From: Candidatus Subterrananammoxibius californiae
GTDB lineage: Bacteria > Planctomycetota > Brocadiia > Brocadiales > Subterrananammoxibiaceae
Direction of reading: 5' to 3'
NCBI GenBank assembly: GCA_030586555.1
Contig: JAURAC010000007.1
Span: 1 to 64,000, forward strand
Length of the DNA stretch: 64,000 nucleotides
Positions 29,803 through 38,930 of the stretch are shown here, in pieces; within the stretch, counting starts at the first letter, position 1, and the number at the start of each line of letters is the position of its first letter. The notes below the pieces were generated by a model. It was not told where the DNA came from. It searched no databases and saw only the letters and a list, made by a program, of their open reading frames with translations. The translations under genes were made by a program, and so were the position numbers.

Positions 29803-32253
29803 ATGTTGAGTATGGAAAAATCAAGGCTTCGACCTGAGCCCTTCGGCAGTGAGCTCAGGGTCGAACTGCTCAGCCAAAGGTTAGCGCACATATCTTCTCT
29901 TGTGCTCGTTGGCGGTTATGCAACGATAGCTCAAGTGTTATTGATTCGCGAATTTCTTGTTGTATTTTACGGTAACGAACTTTGCCTCGGAATAATATTT
30001 GGCTCATGGTTATCTGGGGTTGCACTCGGTGCCGCTGTAGCTGGAAGGATTTCTGGAAGGTTTGAATCCGCCTTAAGCGGATTAACATGGTTTATTCTTA
30101 CATTTGTGGCAATGTGCTTTGTCTTTCCCTCTCAAATTATACTCGTCAGACTCCTTCGTGGCATTTTAAATATTCCTCCGGGGCAATACATTCCTATTCT
30201 CACCCTGTTATATTCATCTGCAATAATTATCGTTCCTTTTAGCTTTGCCATTGGCTTTATTTTTCCGTTTGCCTGTAAGATATTCAAGGGGGCCACAAGC
30301 GATGAAGCTGCTGATATTGGTATGGTATACATCATTGAAGCCATCGGAAGCCTTGTAGGTGGTGTGCTTTTTACGTTTGTTATTGTTTCAAAGTTTCATC
30401 CTTTTGAAACTATCGCAATCCTTAACTGCGTAGTTTTCGTAAATTTGCTTACTTTTTCACGGACAAACAAGTTTGTCCGTGCCACCCTATTAGTCTTTTT
30501 CTTTGTATCCCTATCCCTTCTCTTATCAAGAAATATTTGTAAGATTGAGGATTACCTTGTTCACAAGAGGTGGAACTATTTTAACCCCAATATAGCCCTT
30601 GTAGAGTCTGTTGACTCAAGATATGGGAATATCGTTGTTGGAAGTCAAGGGGAACAATACGTTGTGTATGGAAACGGCCAATATGCCTTTGCCTTTCCTA
30701 ATGAATATGAGTATGCCCCATTAGCGCACCTTGTCTTGACGGAGCATCCACACCCCAAGCGTGTACTGCTTATCAGTGGGGGAGTGGGTGGACTAATCAG
30801 GGAAATGCTAAAGCATAGCTGCATAGAGGAACTGCATTATGTCGAACTTGACCCAAAGCTGTTAGAAATCACTGAAAAATATCTACCAGTTCAGGATAGG
30901 GTTGCCTTATTAGATAAAAGGGTGAAGGTTTTTCACGTTGACGGACGGTATTTTATTAAACAGTCAATGGGTAAAAAGCCTTATGACGTTATATTTGTAA
31001 ATGTTCCTGACCCCTCTACTGCATCTTTAAATAGATTTTACACACGGGAATTTTTCAAAGAGGCAAAAGACATCCTTGCAGAGAACGGCGTCTTTGCAGC
31101 ATCCATTAGCTCGGCAGGAACTTATATTGGTGAGGATGTGGGTAGCTATACGGGCTCTATTTACCATACGCTACACAATGTCTTTAGATATGTGGTGGTC
31201 ACACCCGGGGAAATTAATTACTATTTTTCGAGCGATGCTCCCGGAGTTGTCACTAACGATATAGACACGCTTGCCCAACGATACCGTGAACGTAAAATAG
31301 AATCGCCGTATTTCTCCGAATATCACTATCAGACCCTCCTGCCACCAGTGCATGTACAGTACATAGAAAGCAAGCTTAGCGATAGAAAAAACATTCGTAT
31401 TAACACCGATTCAAAACCCGTTACATACTACTTTAATCTTATGTTATGGGACAGATTCTCTGGCGGACAGTTGTACAGCGTTTTCCACGGCTTTAAAGAT
31501 GTCGGTCTGGGCTTTTTCTTGCTTCCTATTGTTGGTTTTTTAGCTTTGAGATTGGGTTACGCAGCAATTACAGGGTTGAAAACACGTAGGGGCAAACGGC
31601 GTTTGCCCTTCATATCAACGGGCGAATGCCATTCGCCCCTACTTTTGACAAGATGGGTTGAAAACCAACAAAGGTTTAACAGCCTTACTGCCATTGCAAC
31701 CACCGGTTTTGCAGGAATAGCCGTTGAGATAATTCTCATTTTTGCCTTTCAAAATATGTATGGTTATGTATTTGAGAGGATTGGATTAATTGTCGCATTG
31801 TTTATGTTGGGTTTAGCGCTTGGGGGATACATTACAAACCGTCTTCTTTTAATAGGTCAAAGAAACTGGATAAAAATTCTTTTGTACCTCGAAACCTTCG
31901 TAGTAATATACGTTCTTACACTTCCTTTTTTACTGCGATTATTTTCCTTGGGGTTTGTTGGTTCTGAATCCCTCTTCATGATACTCGTGGTGACTGCAGG
32001 GATGCTAACCGGACTTGTATTTCCAATTGCCAGTAAACTTTACTTATTATCCAGCGGAAGCCATGGATTAACGGCGGGCATGGTGGATAGCACAGACCAT
32101 GCAGGCGCATTTATTGGAGCTATCACGACAGGCGTACTATTTGTCCCGCTGCTTGGCATAACAGGGGCATGTACAATTACGGCTGCATTAAATGCTGCAA
32201 GCGCAGTCCTATTGTTAGCAGCAATACTGTGGAAAAAACAGGCAAGATTTTAG
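29803..32253 (+). CDS. Membrane-fused spermidine synthase-like protein (start uncertain)
   Basis: N-terminal multi-TM domain, central SAM/dcSAM fold (HPHPKRVLLISGG, VELDP, DGR.F, DVIFVNVPDP, NRFYTREFF), C-terminal TM domain. Confidence 0.88.
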   Translation: MLSMEKSRLRPEPFGSELRVELLSQRLAHISSLVLVGGYATIAQVLLIREFLVVFYGNELCLGIIFGSWLSGVALGAAVAGRISGRFESALSGLTWFILTFVAMCFVFPSQIILVRLLRGILNIPPGQYIPILTLLYSSAIIIVPFSFAIGFIFPFACKIFKGATSDEAADIGMVYIIEAIGSLVGGVLFTFVIVSKFHPFETIAILNCVVFVNLLTFSRTNKFVRATLLVFFFVSLSLLLSRNICKIEDYLVHKRWNYFNPNIALVESVDSRYGNIVVGSQGEQYVVYGNGQYAFAFPNEYEYAPLAHLVLTEHPHPKRVLLISGGVGGLIREMLKHSCIEELHYVELDPKLLEITEKYLPVQDRVALLDKRVKVFHVDGRYFIKQSMGKKPYDVIFVNVPDPSTASLNRFYTREFFKEAKDILAENGVFAASISSAGTYIGEDVGSYTGSIYHTLHNVFRYVVVTPGEINYYFSSDAPGVVTNDIDTLAQRYRERKIESPYFSEYHYQTLLPPVHVQYIESKLSDRKNIRINTDSKPVTYYFNLMLWDRFSGGQLYSVFHGFKDVGLGFFLLPIVGFLALRLGYAAITGLKTRRGKRRLPFISTGECHSPLLLTRWVENQQRFNSLTAIATTGFAGIAVEIILIFAFQNMYGYVFERIGLIVALFMLGLALGGYITNRLLLIGQRNWIKILLYLETFVVIYVLTLPFLLRLFSLGFVGSESLFMILVVTAGMLTGLVFPIASKLYLLSSGSHGLTAGMVDSTDHAGAFIGAITTGVLFVPLLGITGACTITAALNAASAVLLLAAILWKKQARF
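29824..29882. repeat. 59-bp dispersed repeat, copy 1
   Basis: Reverse complement matches 40702-40760 at 54/59. Confidence 0.88.
31586..31642. repeat. Paired GTAG REP element in-frame in the spermidine synthase gene
   Basis: gtaggggcaaacggcgtttgccc ... gggcgaatgccattcgcccctac (57 nt, 19 codons). Confidence 0.85.
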
Positions 32254-32360
32254 CATGTCATGGCGACATGCCGTGATTTGTCTATTTACTATCCCTTTCA
32301 ACCTCTTTTAGAAGGAAAGGTGTAGTATTATTTCTTGTTAAAGAACGAATCAAATTTGTA

Positions 32361-32389
32361 TTGACAACATAGAAATCTTGTGTTATACT
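32361..32389 (+). promoter_or_regulatory. Sigma70 promoter for the cytochrome c gene
   Basis: TTGACA-N17-TATACT with TG extension. Confidence 0.7.
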
Positions 32390-32537
32390 TCAAATCAGTT
32401 TATGGCGGGATAAAGGTATTAGGTTTTACCTATGTCATAATTCTACAAACCTTTATAACTTATTGAAGCCTCTGGGTATACCAAATTGATATTTGGAGCA
32501 GTAGGCTTCGTGGTGGGGTGTGAAAGGAGGGAGAGTC

Positions 32538-33089
32538 ATGAAACAAGCAGGTAAATTGCGTCTTGCGTTAATATGTGCGGTTGCTGTAACGACTGTAACC
32601 GTGTCCTATCCATGGAACGTTAATACGGTTGCAGGGGAAGATATTGAAAAATATCATATGGAAAAACCCACGCCTACCCGCTTATTGATGCGATTAATCA
32701 GTTCTCATACGTCCAAGATACTGGATGCCATACTGATTGGAGACTTCAATGCCGTTGGTAAGGAAGCCAATGCGGTTGCCGAAAATAGTAAAACCATAAT
32801 GAACAATTTCTTTCCAGAAGGTGGACAAGTAGGGGAATGGTTTAAAGAATCGGGCAAAGACCCAAAAGACCCCAAAGCCGTCAAGGCAATGAAGGAGGAT
32901 TTTGAAAAATACTTAGAAGCTGTTATTGACGCCTCCAAAAATATTGCCACAACTGCCAAAAGCAAAAATATAGTAGAAACCTATAAAAGCTTTGATGAAA
33001 TGCTAACAAAGGCATGCTTTGCCTGCCACGAAGCATTTCGTCCAGAATGGCCAGAATGGCCAGAATGGATGAAGATAACCGGAGGTTAG
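32538..33089 (+). CDS. Class II (four-helix bundle, c'/c556-like) monoheme cytochrome c
   Basis: AGGAGG SD, signal peptide, helical body, single C-terminal CFACH. Confidence 0.85.
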   Translation: MKQAGKLRLALICAVAVTTVTVSYPWNVNTVAGEDIEKYHMEKPTPTRLLMRLISSHTSKILDAILIGDFNAVGKEANAVAENSKTIMNNFFPEGGQVGEWFKESGKDPKDPKAVKAMKEDFEKYLEAVIDASKNIATTAKSKNIVETYKSFDEMLTKACFACHEAFRPEWPEWPEWMKITGG

Positions 33090-33100
33090 TCTACATTCTA

Positions 33101-33186
33101 AATGCGGAGTGCGGAATGCGAAATTAGTTCGCAGCTTGCACTCCGCATTTTATTTTCGCATTCCGCACCTCACACTCCACATTCGC
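33101..33186. repeat. Inverted (G)AATGCG heptamer arrays, probable terminator-like hairpin
   Basis: aatgcg gagtgcg gaatgcg / gcactcc gcatttt ... gcattcc gcacctc acactcc acattc. Confidence 0.75.
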
Positions 33187-33269
33187 CTGCCCCCTTGACA
33201 ACGAATTTCCTATATGTCATAAATATATTTAAAAAAATTCTTTCTATTTTTTAGTAACCAGAGGGTTTA

Positions 33270-33437
33270 ATGTATCAAGATGTCAAGTAGATTACGGAAA
33301 GAGTTAGGGAAGAAAGCGTACTGCTAAATAATTTACTTAATGAGATACGCAAGGTCATTGTGGGTCAACAATATCTTATTGAGCTACTAATAAATGGGCA
33401 TGTGCTGTTGGAAGGTGTGCCGGGTCTTGCAAATTAG
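33270..33437 (+). pseudogene. 5' remnant of a MoxR-family AAA ATPase
   Basis: MYQDVK*ITERVREES..EIRKVIVGQQYLIELLINGHVLLEGVPGLAN*; early TAG, truncated within Walker A. Confidence 0.82.
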
Positions 33438-33466
33438 TTCATAGTTCATAGTTAAAGGATATTTCT

Positions 33467-34459
33467 ATGGGAAAAATGCACAAAAGTAAACTCGTATTAG
33501 CAACAGATTTGGGTGGCACAAACATGCGTACCGCTCTTATGAATGACAGAGGTGAGATACTTGCCCACATGAGAAAATCCACCAATGCTGATATGGGTAA
33601 AGATAAAGTGATTGAGAAACTTATTACAACCCTGAAAGCCACTACTTCTAAACACAATACACCCCTGAGAAAAATCGAGGGAATTGGTATAGGCTTTCCA
33701 GGGCCTGTAGATGTTGAACTTGGGGTGGTACTTAGTCCTCCAAATATGAAAGGTTGGATTAATGTACCACTAAAGGATATTATGGAAGAAGAATTTAAAA
33801 TGCCCGTTATCATAGAAAACGATGCCAATGCTGCAGCCATTGGGGAACACTGGATGGGGGCTGGTAAGGGTATGAAGAATTTAGTTTGTATTACACTCGG
33901 AACTGGAGTAGGTGGAGGCATAGTGTTAAATGATAAAATATGGCATGGGGCAACGGGGATTGCAGGTGAGATAGGTCATACAACCATTATCAGAAATGGG
34001 CTAAAATGCAACTGCGGCAACAGAGGATGCCTCGAGGCTTATGCATCAGCCACAGGCATGGTTAGAATGATGCATAAAGCCCTTTTAATGGGTGGCATGG
34101 ACAAACAAAGTTTGTCCGTGATGCCTGTAGACGAGGAAAAACTTAACAAAGACGGCTCAAAATATATCAGCGAACTCGCCGCAAAAGGAAACAAAATTGC
34201 CCTGAGCGTCATAAAAGAAATGATACAAATCCTCGGGATAGCGATTGTAAATATTGTGCATATATTGAACCCTGAAATTATTGTAATTAGCGGAGGTGTA
34301 ACCAATATGGGTTCAAAACTCTTTGAGCCGCTTCGAGAAGAGGTTAAAAAGAGGGCGTTTGAAAAGGCAGTAGAATATTTAAGGATTGTCCCCGCAAGGC
34401 TCGGTGAAAATGCCGGCGTCATCGGCGCCGCCCGAAGTATATTGATACAATTGCAGTAG
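33467..34459 (+). CDS. ROK family sugar kinase (glucokinase-like)
   Basis: DLGGT, ENDANAAA.GE, TLGTGVGGG, AGEIGH, CNCGNRGCLEAYAS. Confidence 0.95.
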   Translation: MGKMHKSKLVLATDLGGTNMRTALMNDRGEILAHMRKSTNADMGKDKVIEKLITTLKATTSKHNTPLRKIEGIGIGFPGPVDVELGVVLSPPNMKGWINVPLKDIMEEEFKMPVIIENDANAAAIGEHWMGAGKGMKNLVCITLGTGVGGGIVLNDKIWHGATGIAGEIGHTTIIRNGLKCNCGNRGCLEAYASATGMVRMMHKALLMGGMDKQSLSVMPVDEEKLNKDGSKYISELAAKGNKIALSVIKEMIQILGIAIVNIVHILNPEIIVISGGVTNMGSKLFEPLREEVKKRAFEKAVEYLRIVPARLGENAGVIGAARSILIQLQ

Positions 34460-34497
34460 GGGCAGACTTGTATGTCTGCCCACAAGGGCTATTTACC

Positions 34498-34916
34498 TTA
34501 TGTTGTTCCGAGAAGTTTTAGGCAAGCTCCAGCATTGCATATTTTAAATGGTAAGTTTGCATGGCAGGATAAAAAGTGGCGGTTTTCGCTGACTAAAATG
34601 TCTGCGCCGACGTATTCAGCGTATGCAGCGATGAGTGCTCCGCAGGTTTAAAACCTATGGCTTCGTATTTGGCGCCTAACTCAAAGGGGATATCCGCATC
34701 GTCGTCAATTTTTGTTCTTTTGTGCAGGAAAAGCATAAATTCCTTAAATGCTTCAGGGGTAAGATTACTGCGTACCTCTGCAACAATTAAACGGCTGATA
34801 CAGATAAAAATATTCTCTGGATTTTCTGCAATGATATCAAGCAACTTTTCACAAAGAGGGTCCCTTACTGAACCTAAAGCGAATATATATTCGTTACTAT
34901 CGAGAACGAGCAGCAA
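34498..34916 (-). pseudogene. PIN-domain toxin with a 1-bp frameshift
   Basis: LLLVLDSNEYI...; restoring one base near 34638 gives GFKPADALIAAYAEYVGADILVSENRHFL, the PIN acidic motifs; span is 419 nt. Confidence 0.82.
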
Positions 34917-35067
34917 TCCTCTCCTTCCAAAGTTTTTCCCTGGTTTTACGGATTTCATCAATGATTTGCTGTTTCGTCATTCCTTTATAAGGGGAACTGA
35001 CTTTAGACATAAGCTGACGGATTTTTTCCAGATGTTTTTTTGCCTCTTTCGGATTTGGTTTTTTCAT
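34897..35067 (-). CDS. 56-aa putative antitoxin (not in ORF track)
   Basis: GAGGTG SD; MKKPNPKEAKKHLEKIRQLMSKVSSPYKGMTKQQIIDEIRKTREKLWKERIAARSR; overlaps the PIN start; TTGACA-N17-TACTTT upstream. Confidence 0.75.
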   Translation of the reverse strand: MKKPNPKEAKKHLEKIRQLMSKVSSPYKGMTKQQIIDEIRKTREKLWKERIAARSR

Positions 35068-35367
35068 TTACTCACCTCACTAATAAAAGTATCATATCTG
35101 TGCGAGGGTGTCAAGCACGAAAAGACAAAAACTTTCGGCGCCGCCCGAAGCGTATTGATGCGATTGTAGTTAAGCATTGTCATTCTGAGTCCGCCTGAGG
35201 CAGACGAAGAATCTCTTTTTAATACGGATTTGTGCAAAGAGTATTTATGAATTAGAACTTGTAGAGCAAAGTAGAGGCATGGGGCATGGCTCAGTTTGCA
35301 AGGGTACTCGGAACTATCACAATAAGTAACGCTTAGTTATTGCAGAAATGAACTGTACAGGCAAGAT

Positions 35368-37695
35368 ATGACTTTAAGCGAAGCTGATACTAAAGCCAAA
35401 TTCATCGATCCCGCTCTTCATCGGTGTGGCTGGACTGAGGAACTTATTCGCCGTGAAGAGACAGAACGCGGGATTGACATCATAGATGGCAAACCAAGAC
35501 GGAGACAACGCGGACGTACAGATTATCTCCTTCGGCTACGAGTAAATCCTAATACTCAACCTGTCGCTATTGCGCTAATAGAGGCAAAGCCAAGTAACGA
35601 ACCCGCCGATAAAGGTCTTGAGCAGGCGAAGAAATATGCTCGTTTGAATCATGTCCCCTTTGTATATTCTTCCAATGGACATCTGTTTGTAGAATATGAC
35701 CACTTTACTGGTGAAACCACAGGACCGCGCTCTGTCACAGATTTTCCAACGCCTGAGAAACTTCGTGAGCGCTATGAGCAAGGTGTAGGTTTCTTATTAG
35801 AAAGTGAAAGTGCCAGGCCGCTTCTGATTCCGTATCCAGGCGGAGAGGCACGTAGACGTTATTATCAGGACGCCGCTATTCGTGCGTTACTTGAGAAAAT
35901 AGCCAGAGGTAAAAAACGTTTGCTTCTTTATCTGGCTACTGGTTCAGGTAAGACCTTTATTGCAGTTCACCTTCTAAAAAAGATTGCAGATGCAAAACAG
36001 CTTCGCCGTGCTTTATTCGTATGTGACCGAGATGAATTACGCACCCAAGCACTTTCAGCTTTCCAAAATGTTTTTGGGGCTGACGCAGCAGAAGTGACAA
36101 CATCAAACCCTCAAAAGAACGCCCGCATCTTGATTGCAACCTATCAAACACTCAATGTGTCAGGAGAAACTGAAGACGCCAAGTTCTTCCTTGAAAATTA
36201 TCCTAAAAATTATTTCAGCCATATTATTATTGATGAATGCCACAGAAGCGCATGGAGGAAATGGAGTATCGTGCTTAGCCAAAACCCAGAGGCTGTTCAA
36301 GTAGGGCTCACCGCAACCCCGCGCTCCTTTGAAGGAGGAACGCAAGAGGAACGCCGAGGGGATGAAGAAATTACCGCTAATAATCTACAATATTTTGGCA
36401 AGCCTGTTTATGAATATGACATGACACAGGGTATTGAAGATGGCTACCTACCTGCCTGTGAAATCATAAGACGAGAAACAAATCTTGATATAACAGGTGT
36501 AACACGTGAGGATATAGAACGTCTTGGGGCAAAGGACCCCATAACTGGCGAACAATTCATGGTAGCTGAAGCCCGTGAGCACTACGAAGCCACGTCCTTT
36601 GAAGAAATTATCCAGCTTCCTGACAGGGTAAAAGCAATGTGCAAAGACCTTTTTGAGATGCTTCTTCAAACCGGCGACCCTCACCAAAAGAGCGTTATCT
36701 TTTGCACACGCGATACTCATGCCGATGCTGTTACCGCTGAAATGAACAATCTCTACGCTGATTGGTGTACCCAAAACGGGCAGGGTCGTCTTGACCCCTA
36801 TGCCTTCAAATGCACCGCTGCTGTGGGAGGAAGTCAGTATATTGCAGACTTGCGAGGCTCACACCATAGCCACTTTATTGCAACCACAGTTGATTTAATA
36901 ACCACCGGTGTTGATGTTCCAATAGTTCGCAATATAGTCTTTTTCAAATATGTCCGCTCACCTATATCATTCCAACAAATGATGGGACGTGGTTCAAGGA
37001 TTGACATGCCTACCAATAAATTAATGTTTCGCGTCTATGATTACACAAATGCCACGCGCCTATTAGGAAAAGACTTTACAACCCACCCTTCTCCAACACG
37101 AGGAACTGAAGGACCCGGAGAACCTGAAAAGGTAATCTGTGTAGAAGGGTTTGACGTCCATGTAAATCCAGCAGGCACATATATTGTTACAAAGAAGGAA
37201 GGCAAGTTAGGCATGGTTACAGTGGAAGAATATAAACAAACCCTGGCTCAACGTCTAATAGAGGAGGTGAAAACAATAGATGATTTTCGGAACCTATGGA
37301 TTGACCCACAGAAGCGAAAAATACTTATTGAACTGTTACCCGACAAGGAACAAGGTATTCGATTACTCCGCGAGCTTATGAATCGTCAGGAATATGACCT
37401 TTACGATGTGCTGGCAGAGATTGTTTATGGAATCAACCCCAAAGACCGTGCAGAACGTGTTTCTGCACTACAATATAAGCACAGTGAATGGCTTAAAAGT
37501 CTTCCTCAAGAGACAAAGGATACCTTGCTCGCCCTTGCAAGGCAATTTGAAAGGGCTGGAATTGAAGAGTTAGAAAATCCTTATGTATTCGATGCCCCCG
37601 ATGTGATAAAATCAGGCGGTCTTGAGGCTTTAAAGGTTTTGGGCGAACCAAAAGATATTATAAATGAGACTAAAAAGAGGCTATACGCAGCATGA
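35368..37695 (+). CDS. hsdR: Type I restriction endonuclease subunit R
   Basis: PD-(D/E)xK (DY..IEAK), RYYQ, ATGSGKT, IIDECHRS, LTATP, TTGVD, QMMGRGSR. Confidence 0.95.
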   Translation: MTLSEADTKAKFIDPALHRCGWTEELIRREETERGIDIIDGKPRRRQRGRTDYLLRLRVNPNTQPVAIALIEAKPSNEPADKGLEQAKKYARLNHVPFVYSSNGHLFVEYDHFTGETTGPRSVTDFPTPEKLRERYEQGVGFLLESESARPLLIPYPGGEARRRYYQDAAIRALLEKIARGKKRLLLYLATGSGKTFIAVHLLKKIADAKQLRRALFVCDRDELRTQALSAFQNVFGADAAEVTTSNPQKNARILIATYQTLNVSGETEDAKFFLENYPKNYFSHIIIDECHRSAWRKWSIVLSQNPEAVQVGLTATPRSFEGGTQEERRGDEEITANNLQYFGKPVYEYDMTQGIEDGYLPACEIIRRETNLDITGVTREDIERLGAKDPITGEQFMVAEAREHYEATSFEEIIQLPDRVKAMCKDLFEMLLQTGDPHQKSVIFCTRDTHADAVTAEMNNLYADWCTQNGQGRLDPYAFKCTAAVGGSQYIADLRGSHHSHFIATTVDLITTGVDVPIVRNIVFFKYVRSPISFQQMMGRGSRIDMPTNKLMFRVYDYTNATRLLGKDFTTHPSPTRGTEGPGEPEKVICVEGFDVHVNPAGTYIVTKKEGKLGMVTVEEYKQTLAQRLIEEVKTIDDFRNLWIDPQKRKILIELLPDKEQGIRLLRELMNRQEYDLYDVLAEIVYGINPKDRAERVSALQYKHSEWLKSLPQETKDTLLALARQFERAGIEELENPYVFDAPDVIKSGGLEALKVLGEPKDIINETKKRLYAA

Positions 37696-38930
37696 TTGAA
37701 AAATATCCGCTTCCTGAAGACTGGCACTGGGTGAGACTTGGGGAAGCAGTAGAACGTATTCAGTATGGAATTTCAAAGAAATTAAACTCAGAAAGTAAGG
37801 GATACCCTATAATTAGGATGGGCAATATAGATGAAGGAATACTAAATCTTTCTGATATAAGATTCGTAGATCTATCAGAACAAGAAGCAAAGAAATATTT
37901 CCTTTTACATGGGGATATTTTAATTAATAGAACAAATAGTGCTGAGTTAGTTGGTAAATCAGCAGTTTTTACAGAACAAGATAATTACGTTTTCGCTTCG
38001 TATTTAATCCGTCTCAAGGTGAAATATTCAGAGGTAGAACCATATTTCTTAAACTATATCATAAATTCTTTTATTGGCAGGAACTATGTAGCACGAGTTG
38101 CAAGAAGAGCAATAGGGCAAGTTAATATCAACTCAAAGGAAATAAGCGCAATGGAGGTTCCACTGCCTCCCCTACCTGAGCAAAAGCGCATTGCAACAAA
38201 GATTCAGGAACTAATGCAAGAGGTGGAGCGTGCCAGAAATGCCTGCGAAAGGCGGTTAGAGGCAGCCAAAGCCCTCCCTGCCGCTTATCTACGACAGGTC
38301 TTTGAAAGCGAAGAGGCAAAAAAGTGGGAAAGAAAGCGATTGGGAGAAACGTTGGAGATTATTGAAAGTGGTAGTCGTCCAAAAGGGGGTGTTTTTGAAA
38401 TAAAAGAGGGTATTCCATCAATAGGAGCAGAGCATCTAAATTCTTTTGGTAAATTCAATTTTGGTAACATGCGTTTCATTCCTAAGGAGTTTTATCAAGG
38501 AATGACTAAGGGAAAAATCCAAAAACAAGATGTCTTAGTGGTAAAAGACGGTGCAACAACAGGAAAGGTTTCCTTTGTAGGAAACGATTTTCCATATAAT
38601 TATGCAGCTATAAACGAACACGTTTTTAGATTAAGAGGAAAAGATTTTTTAAAGCAAGAGTTTCTTTTTTGGTTTTTATATTCTCCTTTAGGTCAAGCAC
38701 AGATACAGCAGGAGTTTCACGGAGCCGCTCAAGGTGGTATAAATCAGCAGTTTGCAAAGGGCGTCTATATTCAAATTCCCCCTCTCTCCATACAACAACG
38801 CATTGTAACTGAACTCCAAGAAAAAATGGCTGAGGCTGAAAAACTTTGTACTGCAATTGAAAATCAATTAGAAGCCATCAATGCCTTGCCGCAGGCAATC
38901 TTAAAGAAGGCGTTCAGGGGTGAATTGTGA
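37692..38930 (+). CDS. hsdS: Type I restriction-modification specificity subunit S
   Basis: LPEDW.WVRLGE, two TRDs, PLPPLPEQKRI and IPPLSIQQRIV, ILKKAFRGEL. Confidence 0.95.
   Translation: MIEKYPLPEDWHWVRLGEAVERIQYGISKKLNSESKGYPIIRMGNIDEGILNLSDIRFVDLSEQEAKKYFLLHGDILINRTNSAELVGKSAVFTEQDNYVFASYLIRLKVKYSEVEPYFLNYIINSFIGRNYVARVARRAIGQVNINSKEISAMEVPLPPLPEQKRIATKIQELMQEVERARNACERRLEAAKALPAAYLRQVFESEEAKKWERKRLGETLEIIESGSRPKGGVFEIKEGIPSIGAEHLNSFGKFNFGNMRFIPKEFYQGMTKGKIQKQDVLVVKDGATTGKVSFVGNDFPYNYAAINEHVFRLRGKDFLKQEFLFWFLYSPLGQAQIQQEFHGAAQGGINQQFAKGVYIQIPPLSIQQRIVTELQEKMAEAEKLCTAIENQLEAINALPQAILKKAFRGEL

Larger units (their letters stand above)
34422..35170 (+). repeat. 36-bp direct repeat of the ROK kinase 3' end flanking a TA cassette
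   Basis: 34422-34457 vs 35135-35170, 31/36 identical with the first 16 bp exact. Confidence 0.88.

Noticed and set aside
34422..35170. Diversity-generating retroelement TR/VR pair
   Set aside because: Only 36 bp, differences include non-adenine positions, and there is no reverse transcriptase in the window
35316..35350. Integron attC or second dif site left of hsdR
   Set aside because: Only a short aataa/ttatt symmetry, without attC box structure or a XerD arm
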